A program made the position numbers and the translations under genes. From Heterodontus francisci (lineage: Eukaryota), in assembly GCF_036365525.1 (NCBI RefSeq), contig NC_090418.1:7232304-7296303 (forward strand): a DNA stretch of 64,000 nt. Direction: 5' to 3'. The notes beneath the pieces were generated by a model. It was not told the DNA's origin. It saw nothing but the letters and a program-made list of their open reading frames with translations, and searched no databases. Below, piece after piece: positions 12,316 to 25,104 of this stretch (the first letter of the stretch is position 1; each line of letters opens with the position of its first letter).

Positions 12316-13599
12316 GTAATCGCCAGATCATCTGTTTTCCCGATGGTGGTTGAGGGACGAATATTGGCTCCAGGGCAAACTTCCCCTGCTCGTCTTTGAA
12401 ATAGTGGCCACAGGATCTTTTCTTTTAATTTCACTTCGACACCTTGTTCAAAAGACAGCACCTCTGACATTGTAGCACTCCTTCAGCACTGCACTGCAGT
12501 GCCAGCCTAGATATTTGGATTTAAGTTGCTGGAGTGGGATTTGAAACCACAATCTTCAAACCCGGACACAAGAGTGATGCTAATTAAGCCATGGCTGGAA
12601 AACCACCAGACCTACTGCTTTCTCACCCAATGTATTGCTGAAGACGATTATTAATTGCACACGAATTTCTTCCGGGTTTCTTGGGTTACCGGTCCATGTC
12701 TATATTTCCCAATTTTTAATCATATTTTCGGTTAACAATTACAAAAAACGGTTAGCACTTAACGGAGCTCCATACTGCAGATTGAGTTGCAAGTTGAATA
12801 AAAATACTGCCTGGAGTTTTCACATGTTGTGCATCTGTGCTATCTGGGTGTAATCGACTGAAACAGCACAATTTAAAACGTAAGTGAGTAAAGTCCACAA
12901 CAACTTGCACTCAAGTTCCCACAATCTTTTACTTTGGTTCTTAAAGTCAATTCACCCCAAGCAGTCCCCACCCAGCAGAACTGACTGTGTGGGCCTTTCA
13001 GGGGTGTTCGTCACACTGTGCCCAGAACCTCGGGCGCACAGGCTCCCCCGGTCATATTAATCCATCATTGGTGACCTGCAGCTCCAGTCGCCAGCAGTCG
13101 ACTGAAGACTCACTCAGTTCTGCCTCCAATACTGAGGCTGCAACTGCTTTAATTGTCAGTCGTGGCTCAGTTAGCCTTAGTCAGAACTTATGGGTTCATG
13201 TCCCACTTCAGAGTCCCAGTTGACACTAAGTGGGTGCTGCACGGTTGGAGGTACTGGATAAGCTGTTAAACTGAGGCCCCAACTACCTATGAGGTAGATG
13301 TAAAATATTCCCTGACATTACCTCAAAGAAGACCAGGAGAATTCTCCCTGGTGTCCTGGCCAATACTTATCCTTCATTCCAGCATCACTACAATTGACTA
13401 TCTGTTCATTATCTCATTGTGGGAGCTTTCTGTGCACAGATTGGCTGCAGTGCTTTTTACATAACAACAGTGACTGCACTTCAAAAAGTACCTGATTTGG
13501 CACTTTGGGATATCCTGAGGTCATGAAAATATAAATGCAAGCCTTTTTTAAAAATTACTTGTAATTCAGTTTGAATAAGTTCAGTCAATTGATCTTTTT

Positions 13600-14155
13600 T
13601 TTAATTCATTCATGGGATGTGAGCACTTGTTTCCCATCCCTAATTGCCCATGAGAAGGTGGTGGTGAGCTGCCTTCTTGATCCGCTGCAGTCCATGTGGG
13701 GTAGGTACACCCACAGTGCTGTTAGGGGGAGAGTTCCAGGATTTTGACCCAGCAACAGTGAAGGAACGGCGATATAGTTCCAAGTCAGGATGGTGTGTGA
13801 CTTGAAGGGGAACTTGCAGGCGGTGGTGTTCCCATGCATCTGCTGCTCTTCTCCTTCTAGTTGGTAGAAGTCGCAGGTTTGGAAGGTGCTGTTTAAGGAG
13901 CCTTGGTGCGTTGCTGCAGTGCATCTTGTAGATGGTACACACTGCTGCCACTGTGCGTCGGTGGTGGAGGGAGTGAATGTTGAAGATGGTGGATGGGGTG
14001 CCGATCAAGCAGGCTGCGTTGTCCTGGGTGGTGTCGAGCTTCTTGAGTGTTGTTGGAGCTGCACCCATCCAGGCAAGTGGAGAGTATTCCATCACACTCC
14101 TGACTTGTAGATGGGGAGTCAGGAGGTGAGTAACTCGCTGCAGAATTCCCAATCT
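13600..14155 (-). mobile_element. Same LINE family, 3' fragment
   Basis: ORF 13640-14167 matches the 25105-25680 segment. Confidence 0.88.
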
Positions 14156-14514
14156 TCGACTTAGCATCTGGTCACCCCATCTAAAATATCATTCATTGCC
14201 CAGTCACCCATTTATTAAGAACGACACCTTCCTGAAGCACTTTGATCATCTTTTTCCGAGGTTGATGGTGTTATATCAACTTTTTTTTTTGTCCTTGAGA
14301 AAAGGATAGAGGCATCTGATTGGACTCCAAAGTAGGGGTGATGACGGAAACCTGCTGGGGAGCGAGGGTTCGAAGTTTCAGACAGAAACTGGACCTGCCC
14401 AGCTTTCCGCCTCTTTGATAAAGCACGGGATCTGAGAGGAATGAACGAGGTTTCAAATCAACAGGCCCTGCAAAGTTCCAATAGAAACGTATAAAATTCT
14501 TAGAGGCCTTGACC

Positions 14515-14965
14515 CTAACCCGTTCACCCATCACCCCCTGTGCTTGCTGACCTGTCTCAGTTCCCAGTCCACCAAGGCCTCAGTGTGAAAATTATCATCC
14601 ATGTTTACAAACCCCTCCCCCCACCCCCCCACTGCCCTATCGCTGTACCCTCCTCCAGCCCTGCAACCCTCCAAGATCTCTGCACTCCTCCAATTCTGCG
14701 CATCCTTGAGTTTTCATCACCCCACCATTGGCGGCCGTGTCTCTAGCTGCCTGAGTCCTAAGCTCTGGAATTTCCCTCCCGAAACCCTCTCCGCCCCTCT
14801 CTCCTCCTTTGAGACGCTCCTTTGAACTGACCTCTTTGACCAAGCTCTCGGTCACCTGTCCCTAATATCGCCTTATGTGGCTCGGTGCTAAACCTTGCTA
14901 CCATGACGTGCCTTGGGAGGTTTTAGTATGTTAAAGGTGCTATATAAATGTAGGTTGTTGTTGTG
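14515..14965 (+). mobile_element. L2 LINE 3' fragment
   Basis: HITPVLADL.....GGR.FS...P.LWN.LP-like translation, tail ggtgctatataaatg(ttg)n. Related fragments at 4410-4720, 19800-20100, 20760-21120, 32400-32690(-) and 47572-47880(-). Confidence 0.78.
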
Positions 14966-15115
14966 GCATCTCTCGGGGATTGAACATCCACTGTTCTTGA
15001 GGGAGGGGACAGGTGGCGATGTTTGATATTGAACTCAGAATTGCTTATTTTCAATCAAATCCACACGATTGAAAAAAGTAAGAACATCAAAATACATTCT
15101 GATTTTGTGTTGCAG

Positions 15116-15201
15116 ATGCCCATATCTTCACAGATGGGGACGGTGTAGATGATGGAAATGTGGGTGGCGGGAAATAGCAGCTTAGGGAATTATCATTCAT
15201 G
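15116..15201 (+). pseudogene. Possible degenerate NAIP-like exon (end of BIR3)
   Basis: Good acceptor ttttgtgttgcag|A TGC CCA TAT CTT (C-P-Y-L, like the BIR-terminal CPFL) in the expected phase; donor ATG|gtaaca; 86 nt, out of frame, with stops. Confidence 0.4.
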
Positions 15202-16319
15202 GTAACATTGGCTTTTCCCTTGTCCCAGAGAATGTGACATCTTACCGGGGGTTTGTGGCAACAGATGCTAATGGCCCCCAGTACTTCAGCCCATGTTCAT
15301 GTTCGGTCCTCAACAGCGAGAGTCATTCAACCTTTGCTAAATTAATTCTCAGGACATGGGCTGCTTGGCAAGGCTGGCATTCGTTGCCTGTCCGCGGGCA
15401 CAGCTGAGTATCTCGGCCGTTTTTGAGGGAGGTTAAGAGTCAACCACATTGCTGTGAGACTGGAGTGGAGTATGAGACAGAGATTTGCATTTCTATAGCA
15501 CCTCTCACAACCTCAGGGTTGTCCCGAAGCACTTTGCAACCAATGTTGTAATGCAGGAAACAAGGGTGCCAATTTGCACACAGCAAGCTCCTATAAACAT
15601 CAAGGTGTAAACGACTAGATAGTCAGTGGTAGTGATGTTGGTTGACAGAGAATTATTGGTCAGGACACCAGGGAGAACTCCACTGCTCTTCTTCAAATAG
15701 TACCATGGGAACTTTTCTATCCACTTGACACACTATCTGAATGATAGCACCTCAGTCAGTGTCAGATCAAGTTTTGTGCTAAGTCTCGGAGTGGGGCTTT
15801 AACCCACAATCACTTATACTGATTTCCACATTCTTGAACCTGAAGCCAAGTTCTCAAGCAGCCGTGGTGGGATTTGAACTCACATTCTGCAAATTGCCTG
15901 TCCGTCCGCCCCATTCTATCCATGCCGCCTCTACGGCATGCAAATGTGTTTCCGTCCAATTTACTGTTGAATGCTTCTAGTTTTATTAAATGTGTAAATT
16001 AGGGGGTCTAACGCCTGTTGAAGGAGTCCCCATTGCAATGAGCAGGATGGGATAATGGCGGCCAGCGTGGGGAGGCAGGTGGTCGGTCTCTCCTACTCAG
16101 GATTCTTCAGCACCTGCCGCGGAAGGTGGGTGGCCTTGGGATGTCTTGCGACACTTAAGGTGCTATATAAATGCAAGTCATTGTTACTGGTAATCCAGCA
16201 ATATTCTAATCGGCACGACACTTAATAAACAATCCAATTTGTACACCAGGGGGTCGCTGTTTTCCTTGGATGGCATTTTCCACACCAGCTGATTAAAGAA
16301 ATGGAATGACAACTTGGAA

Positions 16320-16778
16320 TCATAGAATCAGAGAAAGGTTACAGCGCAGAAGGAGGCCATTCTGCCCATCGTGTCCGTGCCGGCTCTCTGCAAGAGCAAC
16401 TCACCTTGTCCCAAAGATTAACGACCATTTGAGAGAAGAAATTCCTCCTCATCTCCATCTTAAATGGCTGAGCCCTTATTCTGAAACTGTGCCCCCTAGT
16501 TCCAGACTCCCCCCAACCCCCCACACTGAGGGAACACATCCTCTCGGCATCTACCCTGTCAAGCCCCCTCAGAATTTTATATGTTTCAACAAGATCACCT
16601 CTCATTCTTCGAAACTCTAATGAGTAGAGGCCCAACCTTCCTCATAAGACAACCCTTTCATCCCAAAAATCAACCTTCTCTGAACTGTCGTCCATGCAAG
16701 TATATCCTTACGTCAGGAGACCAAAACTGTACACAGTACACTAGGTGCGGTCTCACCAATGCCCTGTACAGTTGTAGT
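16320..16778 (-). mobile_element. CR1 LINE 3' fragment, host of the RTE insertion
   Basis: LYRALVRPHLVYCVQFWSP...GLYSLEFRRMRGDLVETYKIL. Confidence 0.85.
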
Positions 16779-17335
16779 CTTCCTCTTCTTTGGCCTCCTT
16801 GTCTCGAGAGACAATGGGTAAGCGCCTGGAGGTGGTCAGTGGTGTGTGGAGCAGCGCCTGGAGTGGCTATAAAGACCAATTCTAGAGTGACAGACTCTTC
16901 CACAGGTGCTGCAGATAAGATTGGTTGTCGGGGCTGTTACACAGTTGGCTCTCCCCTTGCGCTTCTGTCTTTTTTCCTGCCAATTGCAAAGTCTCGTCGA
17001 CTCGCCACTCTTTAGCCCCGCCTCTATGGCTGCCCGCCAGCTCTGGCGATCGCTGACAACTGACTCCCACGACTTGTGATCAATGTCACAGGACTTCATG
17101 TCGTGTTTGCTGACGTCTTTAAAGTGGAGACATGGATGGCCGGTGGGTCTGGTACCAGTGGCAAGCTCGCTGTACAATGTGTCTTTGGGGATCCTGCCAT
17201 CTTCCATGCGGCTCAAATGACCAAGCCATCTCAAGCGCCACTGACTCAATAGGGTGTATAAACTGGGGATGTCGGCCACCTCGAGGACTTCTGTATTGGA
17301 GATATGGTCCTGCCTTCTGATGCCAAGGATTCTCC
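16779..17335 (-). mobile_element. RTE-clade LINE 3' fragment with 8-bp TSD
   Basis: SLYTLLSQWRLRWLGHLSRMEDGRIPKDTLYSEL..G.RP.G is the characteristic RTE C-terminus; AAG-rich tail; GTTGTAGT duplicated at 16771-16778 and 17336-17343. Confidence 0.88.
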
Positions 17336-17349
17336 GTTGTAGTAAGACT

Positions 17350-19285
17350 TAAATAACCACAGAAAGTGCTGGAAAAACTCAGCAGGTCTGGCAGCATCTG
17401 TGCAGAGAGAAGCAGAGGTGACGTTTCAGGGCAGTGACCCTTCAGAACTGGCAGATATAATAAATGTAAAAGATTACAAGCAAGTAAAGCGGGGGTGGGG
17501 CAAGAGATAACAAAGGAGAAGGTGTAAATAGGACAAGGTCACAGAATAGCTGACCAGAAGGTCATGGAGCAAAGGCAAACAATATGTTAATGGTGTGGTG
17601 AAAGACAAAGCATTGGTACAGATAAGGTGTTAATGGACTGAAAATTGAACAGCCACAAGCACAAACATGAAAAAAAACAGTGGGTAAGCACAGTAGAAAC
17701 AAACTAAAATAAAATAAACACAAAAAATAAAAGAAAAAAGAAAACAAATAACTAAGGAAAAATAAAAAGGGGGGGTCCCCTTCATGCTCTGAAATTATTG
17801 AACTCAATGTTCAGTCCGGCAGGCTGTAGTGTACCTAATCGGTAGATGAGATACTGTTCCTCGGGCTTGCGTTGATGTTCACTGGAACACTGCAGCAATC
17901 CCAGGACAGAGATGTGAGCATGAGAGCAGGGGGGAGTGTTGAAATGGCAAGCAACCGGAAGCTCAGGGTCATGCTTTCGATCTGAGCGGAGGTGTTCCAC
18001 AAAGCGGTCACCCAGTCTGCGTTTGGTCTCCCCAATGTAGAGGAGACCACATTGCGAGCAGCGAATACAGTATACTACATTGAAAGAAGTACAAGTAAAT
18101 TGCTGCTTCACCTGAAAGGAGTGTTTGGGGCCTGAGATAGTGAGGAGTGAGGAGGAAATGGGCAGGTATTACACCTCCTGCGATTGCAGGGGAAGGTGAC
18201 GTGGGAAAGAGACGAGGTGGTGGGGGTAATGGAGGAGTGGACCAGGGTGTCACGGAGGGAACGATCCCTTCGGAATGCTGACAGAGGGAGGGGAAGATGC
18301 CTTTGGTAGTGGCATCACGCTGGAGGTGGCGGAAATCGCGGAGGATGATCCTTTGGATCTGGAGGCTGATGGGGTGGAAAGTGAGGACAAGGGGAACCCT
18401 GTCGCAGTTCTGGGAGGGAGGGAAAGGGGTGACGGTAGAGGTGCGGGAAATGGACCGGACACGGTTGAGGGCCCTGTCAACCACAGTGAAGGGGAATCCT
18501 TGGTTGAGGAAAAAGGAAGACATTTCAGAAGCACTGCTGTGGAAGGTTGCATCATCAGAGCAGATGCGTCGGAGACGGAGAAACTCGGAGAATAGAATGG
18601 AGTCCTTACAGGAGGTAGGGTGTGAAGAAGTGTAGTCAAGGTAGCTGTGGGAGTCAGTGGGCTTATAATGAATATTAGTAGACAGCCTATCCCCAGAGAT
18701 GGAGACAGAGAAGTCGAGAAAGGGAAGGGAAGTGTCAGAGATGGACCGTGTAAAGGTGAGAGAAGGGTGGAAATTAGAAGCAAATTTGATAAAGTTTTCC
18801 AGTTCGGGGCAGGAGCAGGAAACGGCACCGATACAGTCATCAATGTACCAGAAAAAGAGTTGGGGGAGGGGGCCTGAGTAGGACTGGAACAAAGAATGTT
18901 CCACATCCCACAAAAAGACAGGCATAACTAGGACACATGCGGGTACCCATTGCAACACCTTTTACTTGAAGGATGTGAGTGGAGTTGAAGGAGAAGTTGT
19001 TCAATGTGAGAACAAGTTCAGCCAGGCGGAGGAGGGTGGTGGTGGATGGGCACTGGGTGGGCCTCTGTTCAAGGAAAGAGTGGAGAGCCCTCAAACCGTC
19101 CTGGTGGGGGTTGGAGGTGTAGAGAGATTGGACGTCCATAGTGAAGAGGAGGCGGTTGGGGCCCAGGAGACTGGAAATTGTCAAAATGACGTGGGGCATC
19201 AGAAGAGTCACGGATGTGGGTGGGAAGAGACTGGACCAGGGGGAGAAAAGATAGAGTCAAGATAGGAAGAAATAAGTTCAGTGGA
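17350..19285 (-). mobile_element. Penelope-like element, 5'-truncated and frameshifted (RT, GIY-YIG endonuclease, 3' pseudo-LTR)
   Basis: Minus ORFs: TMDVQSLYTS..H..G, GVAMGTRM.PSYACLF, WYIDD, LPFLD, YKPTDSHSYLDY.SSHP, and NVVYCIRCSQCGLLYIGETKRRLGDRFVEH (GIY-YIG); 3' repeat ...gatgctgccagacctgctgag. Confidence 0.92.
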
Positions 19286-21124
19286 ACACTAATTACTTCT
19301 TGTAGGTGAAAGGGCAAGACAGTACAGTTGGTCTATGCTGGCCAGAGCCTGATGGTATTATTTTAGCTACAGTAAATGGTGCCCTCTGCTTGGATACTGC
19401 CTCCTCTTTTAAATCTGTTATCACCTGCATCCTCAAAAAAACCCACGTTGACCTTCTCCAGTGCACCTTCACCCCCCCTCCATGCAAACTACTGCCTCAC
19501 CTCCACCCTCCCTTTGAAGAACGAGAGACGTGTATCTATGCAGCTCCTTCCACAACCTCAGGATCTCCCAAAGCATTTTTTTGAAATGCAGACATGTAGG
19601 AACCTGGGCAGCCAATTTGCGCATAGCAAGCTCCCACAGATGTGGTGACGACCACTCCAAAGTCCTCGTGCATTTTGTCAGCACCCAAACCCGAGCCCAT
19701 CTTTCCCGCAAGCCCATGCTTCAATCTCCAATTGGGACCGCGGCCCTGCCACAGCACTGAAATGGCCCCTAGCCAAATCGTTCCCTGTTAGTGTGTCCCT
19801 GACACACTATCCTTCCTCAGCCTTCTCGACTGATCTGCAACCGTCGATATGGTTGACCACAGCATTCTCCTCCAGTGCCTCTCCTCCATGGTCCGGCTGA
19901 ATGGGACTGCCCTCAGCTGGTTCCATTCGGACCTATCTAGTCACAGCCAGAGACTTCCCAGAAATGTCTCTTCTTCCCTGTTAGTTCTCCGTTACCTATG
20001 GAGACCCCCTCCCACATTCCACCCCCCCATCCCCGCCCCACCTGGCAATCTATACTTCATCCCCTGCCAATTCTCATCTACATGCTGCCCCTCAGTAACA
20101 TCATCCAAAGACGTCGTGGCATAGGAACAGGGGTAGGCCATTCAGCCCCTCGAGCCTCTTCCACCATTCAATGAGATCACTGCTGATCCGTGACCTCACT
20201 CCAAATACCCGCCTTTTCCCCACGTCCATTCATACCTTTGGTAAACGAAAATCTATCAATCTCAGATTTAATAATAACAATTGATCCAGCATCAATTGTC
20301 ATTTGTGGAAGAGAGTTCCAAACTTCTACCACCCTTTGTGTGTAGAAGTGTTTCCTAATTTCACTCCTGAAAGGTCTGGCTCTAATTTTTAGACTCTGCC
20401 CCGTAATCCTAGACTCCCCCAACCCGAAAAATCGTTTCTCTCTATTTACCTATCTGTTTCTTTAATAACGTGAAATCTACATCAATTCCAGGGAATACAA
20501 CCCTAGTTTGTGCAATTGTTTCTTATAGCTTAACCCTTGAAGTCCAGGTATCATCCTGGTAAATCTACACTGCACTCCCTCCGAGGCTAATATACTCTTC
20601 CTAAGGTGTGTTGCCCAGAACTTCTCGCAGTAACTCCAGGTGTGGTCTAACCAGGGGCTTTGCATAGCTGAAGCAGGACTTCTACCCCCTTGTATTCTAA
20701 TCAGGATGTCACGTTCCATGTATACACTGACCGAACCCAGCTCAACTTGCACACCATCTCTCTCAACCCCTCGACTGCCTCTGTCTTCTCAGATTGTTTA
20801 TTTGGCATGCAGTCCTGACTAAGGCACAATTTTCTCCAGGTGATCATCAGGTAGAGGTACGTCAACGTCTGCGGACCCCAACCCGAGCTCAGTTCCCCAC
20901 TCAACGATTAGATCCCCCCTCCCTAGTCACTGTCTGTTGAACCTCATTGTTCAGATTCAACCTGAGCTGAGCTTCTGACTCTATATCCTCTCCTCCCTAC
21001 AGAACGCCTGTTACCACCTCCGTAACATCATCCATCTCTGCCCCTGCCTCAGTTCATCTGCTCCTGAAAACCCTCATCCAAGCTTTAGTCAACTCCAAAC
21101 CCCGAATTCCAATGTTTGCCTGGT

Positions 21125-21592
21125 AGAAAAGATTGATGGCACCAGAATTGAGAGGTTACACCTCTCAGGAAGGATTGAACAGGCAGGGACTCTTTTCTGT
21201 GGAAAAGAGAAGGCTGATGAGCATTGACCTGATAGAGGCCTTTAAAATTATAAAGGCATTTGATAGGGTCGATGTAGAGAAGATGTTTCTACTTGTGGGG
21301 GGAGACCAGCACTAGGGGGCCATCAATATAAGACAGTCACTAATAAATCCAATGGGGAATTCAGGAGAAACCTCTTTCCCCAGAGAGTGGTGAGAATGTG
21401 GAACTCGCTCCCACAGGGAGTGGTTGAGGTGAATAGTGTCTACGTTTAAGGGGAAGCTGGGTAAACACATGCGGGAGAAAGGAATAGAAGGATATGCTGA
21501 TCGGATGGGATGAAGTAGTGTGGGAGGAGGCTCGTGTGGAGCATAAACGTCAGCACGGAGCAGATGGGCCGAATGGCCTGTTTCTGTGCTGC
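21125..21592 (+). mobile_element. CR1 LINE 3' fragment
   Basis: GLFSVEKRRL...DLIEAFKIIKAFDRVD; tail gggccgaatggcctgtttctgtgctg. Similar copy at 28530-28960. Confidence 0.82.
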
Positions 21593-23464
21593 AACTTCAA
21601 AGTAAATCTATTGAGGATAAGGAAATGTGAAAGCAGTACAGTTAGATTTCAGTGTGCTGTGATCTGGAGCTTTCGGCTTCGATCATTTTGATGTTGATTC
21701 TAAGTTTGTACAACCAATGCAAAACACGGAAGCTGTGGTTTGTACAGAAATGTTCAAAAGATATCAATGTGACCACATACAGCAGTATATTTGTAGATCT
21801 TTATCATTCTGATGAACAGCATGTTCCCACACTCTGTAGGTCTCAGCTTGTCTTTAATTACAAACCCATTTTACACCATCATCCTTACATCGTGTTTGGA
21901 CACATTCTATATTCTAAAAAGAACAAGCATATATTTAAATGTTGTCTATGATGGGGTACATAACATCATTTCATAAACATAACAGCCCCTTTCCGGGTCT
22001 TAGGACATCCCAAAGCACCTTTTGAAGTGTAGACACTGTTGTAATGCAGGAAAGGCAGCAATTAATTTGTGCACAGCAAGATCCCAAAGACAGCAATGTG
22101 GAAATGACCAGATCATCTGTTTGTCGTGACCTCGGTGAGTGATTCCAGTACAGTGATTAGAGGGCTGAGTGCAGGGCAGTGATTACATTTGTGACTAAGG
22201 ACAATGATTATATCGGGGGTATATTCATTTAGTGTTTAATTGTATTGAGGTGATGGGGGATTAACTGGGGATTCACTCGAGCTCCTATTAATAGGAGCAG
22301 ACTGAAATTGTGGTTGTTGCAGTATTAAAATTTATACAAGTGTGTAAAAATTAGGTTCCTGTTCCATCCTTCACTGCCTGGCTATCTGAAATAGAACACA
22401 GGGTTCAGGACAATGATTGCACAAACTGTTCCAGAGGTCCTTCCCCCACTTGCTCTCCATGCATCCCCCCATCCCAACCCCTCGGAAAAGTGCAGCTGAT
22501 TCAAAGGCATAATCCAGGCTGACATTCTAGTGCAGTGCCATTAGTTATTGACCTCTTTGCTAAAGATGTCCTTCCTATCCACTCGATATAGACCCCTCAT
22601 AATTTAATACACCTCAAATAAATCTTCCCTCAGCCTCCTCTGTTCCAAAGGAAACAAGCCCAGCGCATGCAATCCTTTCTCCTAGCTAAAAGTTTGACAA
22701 CATCCTCATAAGTCTGCTCTGCACCCTCTCTAGTGCGATCACATCCTTCCTGTAATGTGGTGACCAGAACTGTCTGTCGCACTCTGGCTGCAGTCTAACT
22801 CGTGTTTTATATAGAAACAAAAGATAGGTCCAGAAGAGGTGTAAATGGTGATCGTAGAAAAGCAGAGAGGGAGGGAAGCATGCGGAAACATGGCAAAGAG
22901 AGTGCTCTATAGAATTCACATGTTACATGTGCTTTTATAGCTGGGAATAAATTGTCTGGCATCTTTCCTGCAATATCACCATGTGGCCCATGGAGGATGC
23001 CCACTGGGAACAAATGCACCCTCCAGGACCCCCGTCCCACTGGACCGAACTCCCACCTCACCACTCCCCTTTGCCGGGGCCTTCTGGACTGTTCCCGGCA
23101 ACCCCACCTCACTTACCTGAGGTCTGGGGTTCCACCGCTGGGCTTGGGTCCGCGGCCTTTGTAATACTAGCACTGGTCACCGCTCCTGGAGGTGTTGCCA
23201 ATATTGCTGAGCTGCCTGCCCTGTGATTGGCCGGCAGCCCCTGTGGGCAGGATCCCAATTCAGTGTGTCAAGGCACGGGGGTTCTGCCTCCTTAAACTTT
23301 GACCCCAAAAAACTGGAGGATTGCTCGGTGGGTGAGAAAAACTGCAGGGGGGGTGCGTGGGGGTTCCCTCTGACTTTTCAGCCTGGCACCAGGAGCCCCG
23401 CCTCCTGCATAAACTCCAGCCTGAAAGGCGCTATGCAAATGCAAGACCTTCTTTTCACTGAAAC

Positions 23465-23780
23465 CAAAGCGAAATACTGTGGATGCTGGAAATCTGAAAT
23501 AGAAGGAGAAAATGCTGGAAACAGGCCTGGCAGCATCTGTGGAGCAGGAAACAGAGTTGACGTTTCAGGTTGGTCAGACGTTATAAAGGTGACAGGTTTT
23601 AAGCAAGTACAGAGGCAGGGAAAGTAGGGGGGGGGGGTGTGGTTGAGGAAGAACGAAAGGGAAGGTCTGTGATAGGGTGGAAAGCAGGAGAGATTAAATG
23701 ACAAGAGGGATGATGGTGCAAGGTAAAAGGAGATGGTAACGGGACAAGTACAGAAATGAAAGATGGGTCTAGAGGAGGTG
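23465..23780 (-). mobile_element. Penelope-type 3' end fragment
   Basis: aaatactgtggatgctggaaatctgaaat...gacgtttcagg; same family of termini as 8339 and 28121. Confidence 0.7.
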
Positions 23781-25104
23781 TCAAGATTTGTCCTGCATGA
23801 ATTTCATGGGGCCTGAAGGTTAGTAAAGGAGTTGGTGATCTTAGCACTGTTGTCTCACTGGAAAACAGGACCTCAATCAGAACCCCCCGAGACTGGTTCG
23901 CATCAACAACATTCAGGTATGCAGTTCTGTGCAGACATTGTGCTGGCAATGCACTGAGCCAACAAACAGGCCATGAGAGCGCTGAACTCCCGTGCACAGA
24001 GTAGGTGCATAAGTGGCCCGCTCTCCCTTTGCAGGGTGTTCAATTTATCCATGGGCTCAGTGGGTAGCAGTCTCAGCCCTGCATCAGAAAGGCGTGGCTG
24101 TGAGTGCCGCTCCAGAGTCCTGAGCACCAAGTGTAGGCTGATGCTGCCAGTGCAGCACTGACGGAGTGCCGCACTGTCAGAGGTGCCATCTCGATGGTGA
24201 GAACATAAACCGCGTCCCTGTCTGCTCTCTCAAGTGGATGTAAAAGACCCTATGGATACTCTATTGAAGCGCAGGGAAGTCCTCCCCAGTGTCCTGGGCC
24301 AACAATCATCCCTTAACCAGGGTCACAAAAAGCAGATTATCTGGTCATTAACACATTGCTGTCTGTGGCCAAGAAAACAAAAAGAAAGACTTGAATTTCT
24401 ATAGCACCGTTCATGACTTTAGGATGTCCCAGAGCACTTCACAGCCAATAAAACACATTTGAAGTGCAGTCACTGTTGTAACATAGGAAACGTGGAAGTT
24501 AATTTGCACACAGCAAGATCCCATAAACAGCAGTGTGATAAATGACCTTTGGACCTTAATTGGCTGCCGCACATTCTTCAATTACAACAGTGACAACACT
24601 TCACAGGTACTTCCTTGGCCTTGGGAGAGGTCGGAGGTTGTCAAAGGCGCTGTTATATATGAAAGTTTTTTTTTCACCCTTCAAGGCAGCAGTTCCTGCA
24701 GCTATTTTGACCGAGGATGGCGATCTTTAATTTTTTTAATTAACTTTTGTACAAATCGGCAACCCACCTTGCAAGACACAGTTTCCTGTGAGGTCACAAA
24801 GAGTTCAGCAGGAGGCAGAAACTAGTCAGCAAGAGTCTGAAATCGAGCTCCAAAACACTCAGTTCCATTCGCGACTACTCGCTGTCTTCACCCTGACAGC
24901 AAAGGTCAAAGGTAACTCTGGTCATATGGTACCAAGAAATGTGTTGGGGAAGGGGGGCACCAAATTATCACTTGATGAATCCAGGGTGGAGGGAAGGACA
25001 AGAAACTCGTTGTCACAAATGGGGAGAGGGATTCGCATCCGAAAAATGGAATTGGATGAGAATGTGGATTAGAGGAGTACGTAAAATATCACGGGAAAGG
25101 ATGG

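Noticed and set aside
14165-14260. Possible BIR3 exon remnant (KNDTFLKHFDHLFPR|gt)
   Set aside because: Phase fits the 15116 acceptor, but the CxxC and Trp motifs are absent and the donor is weak.
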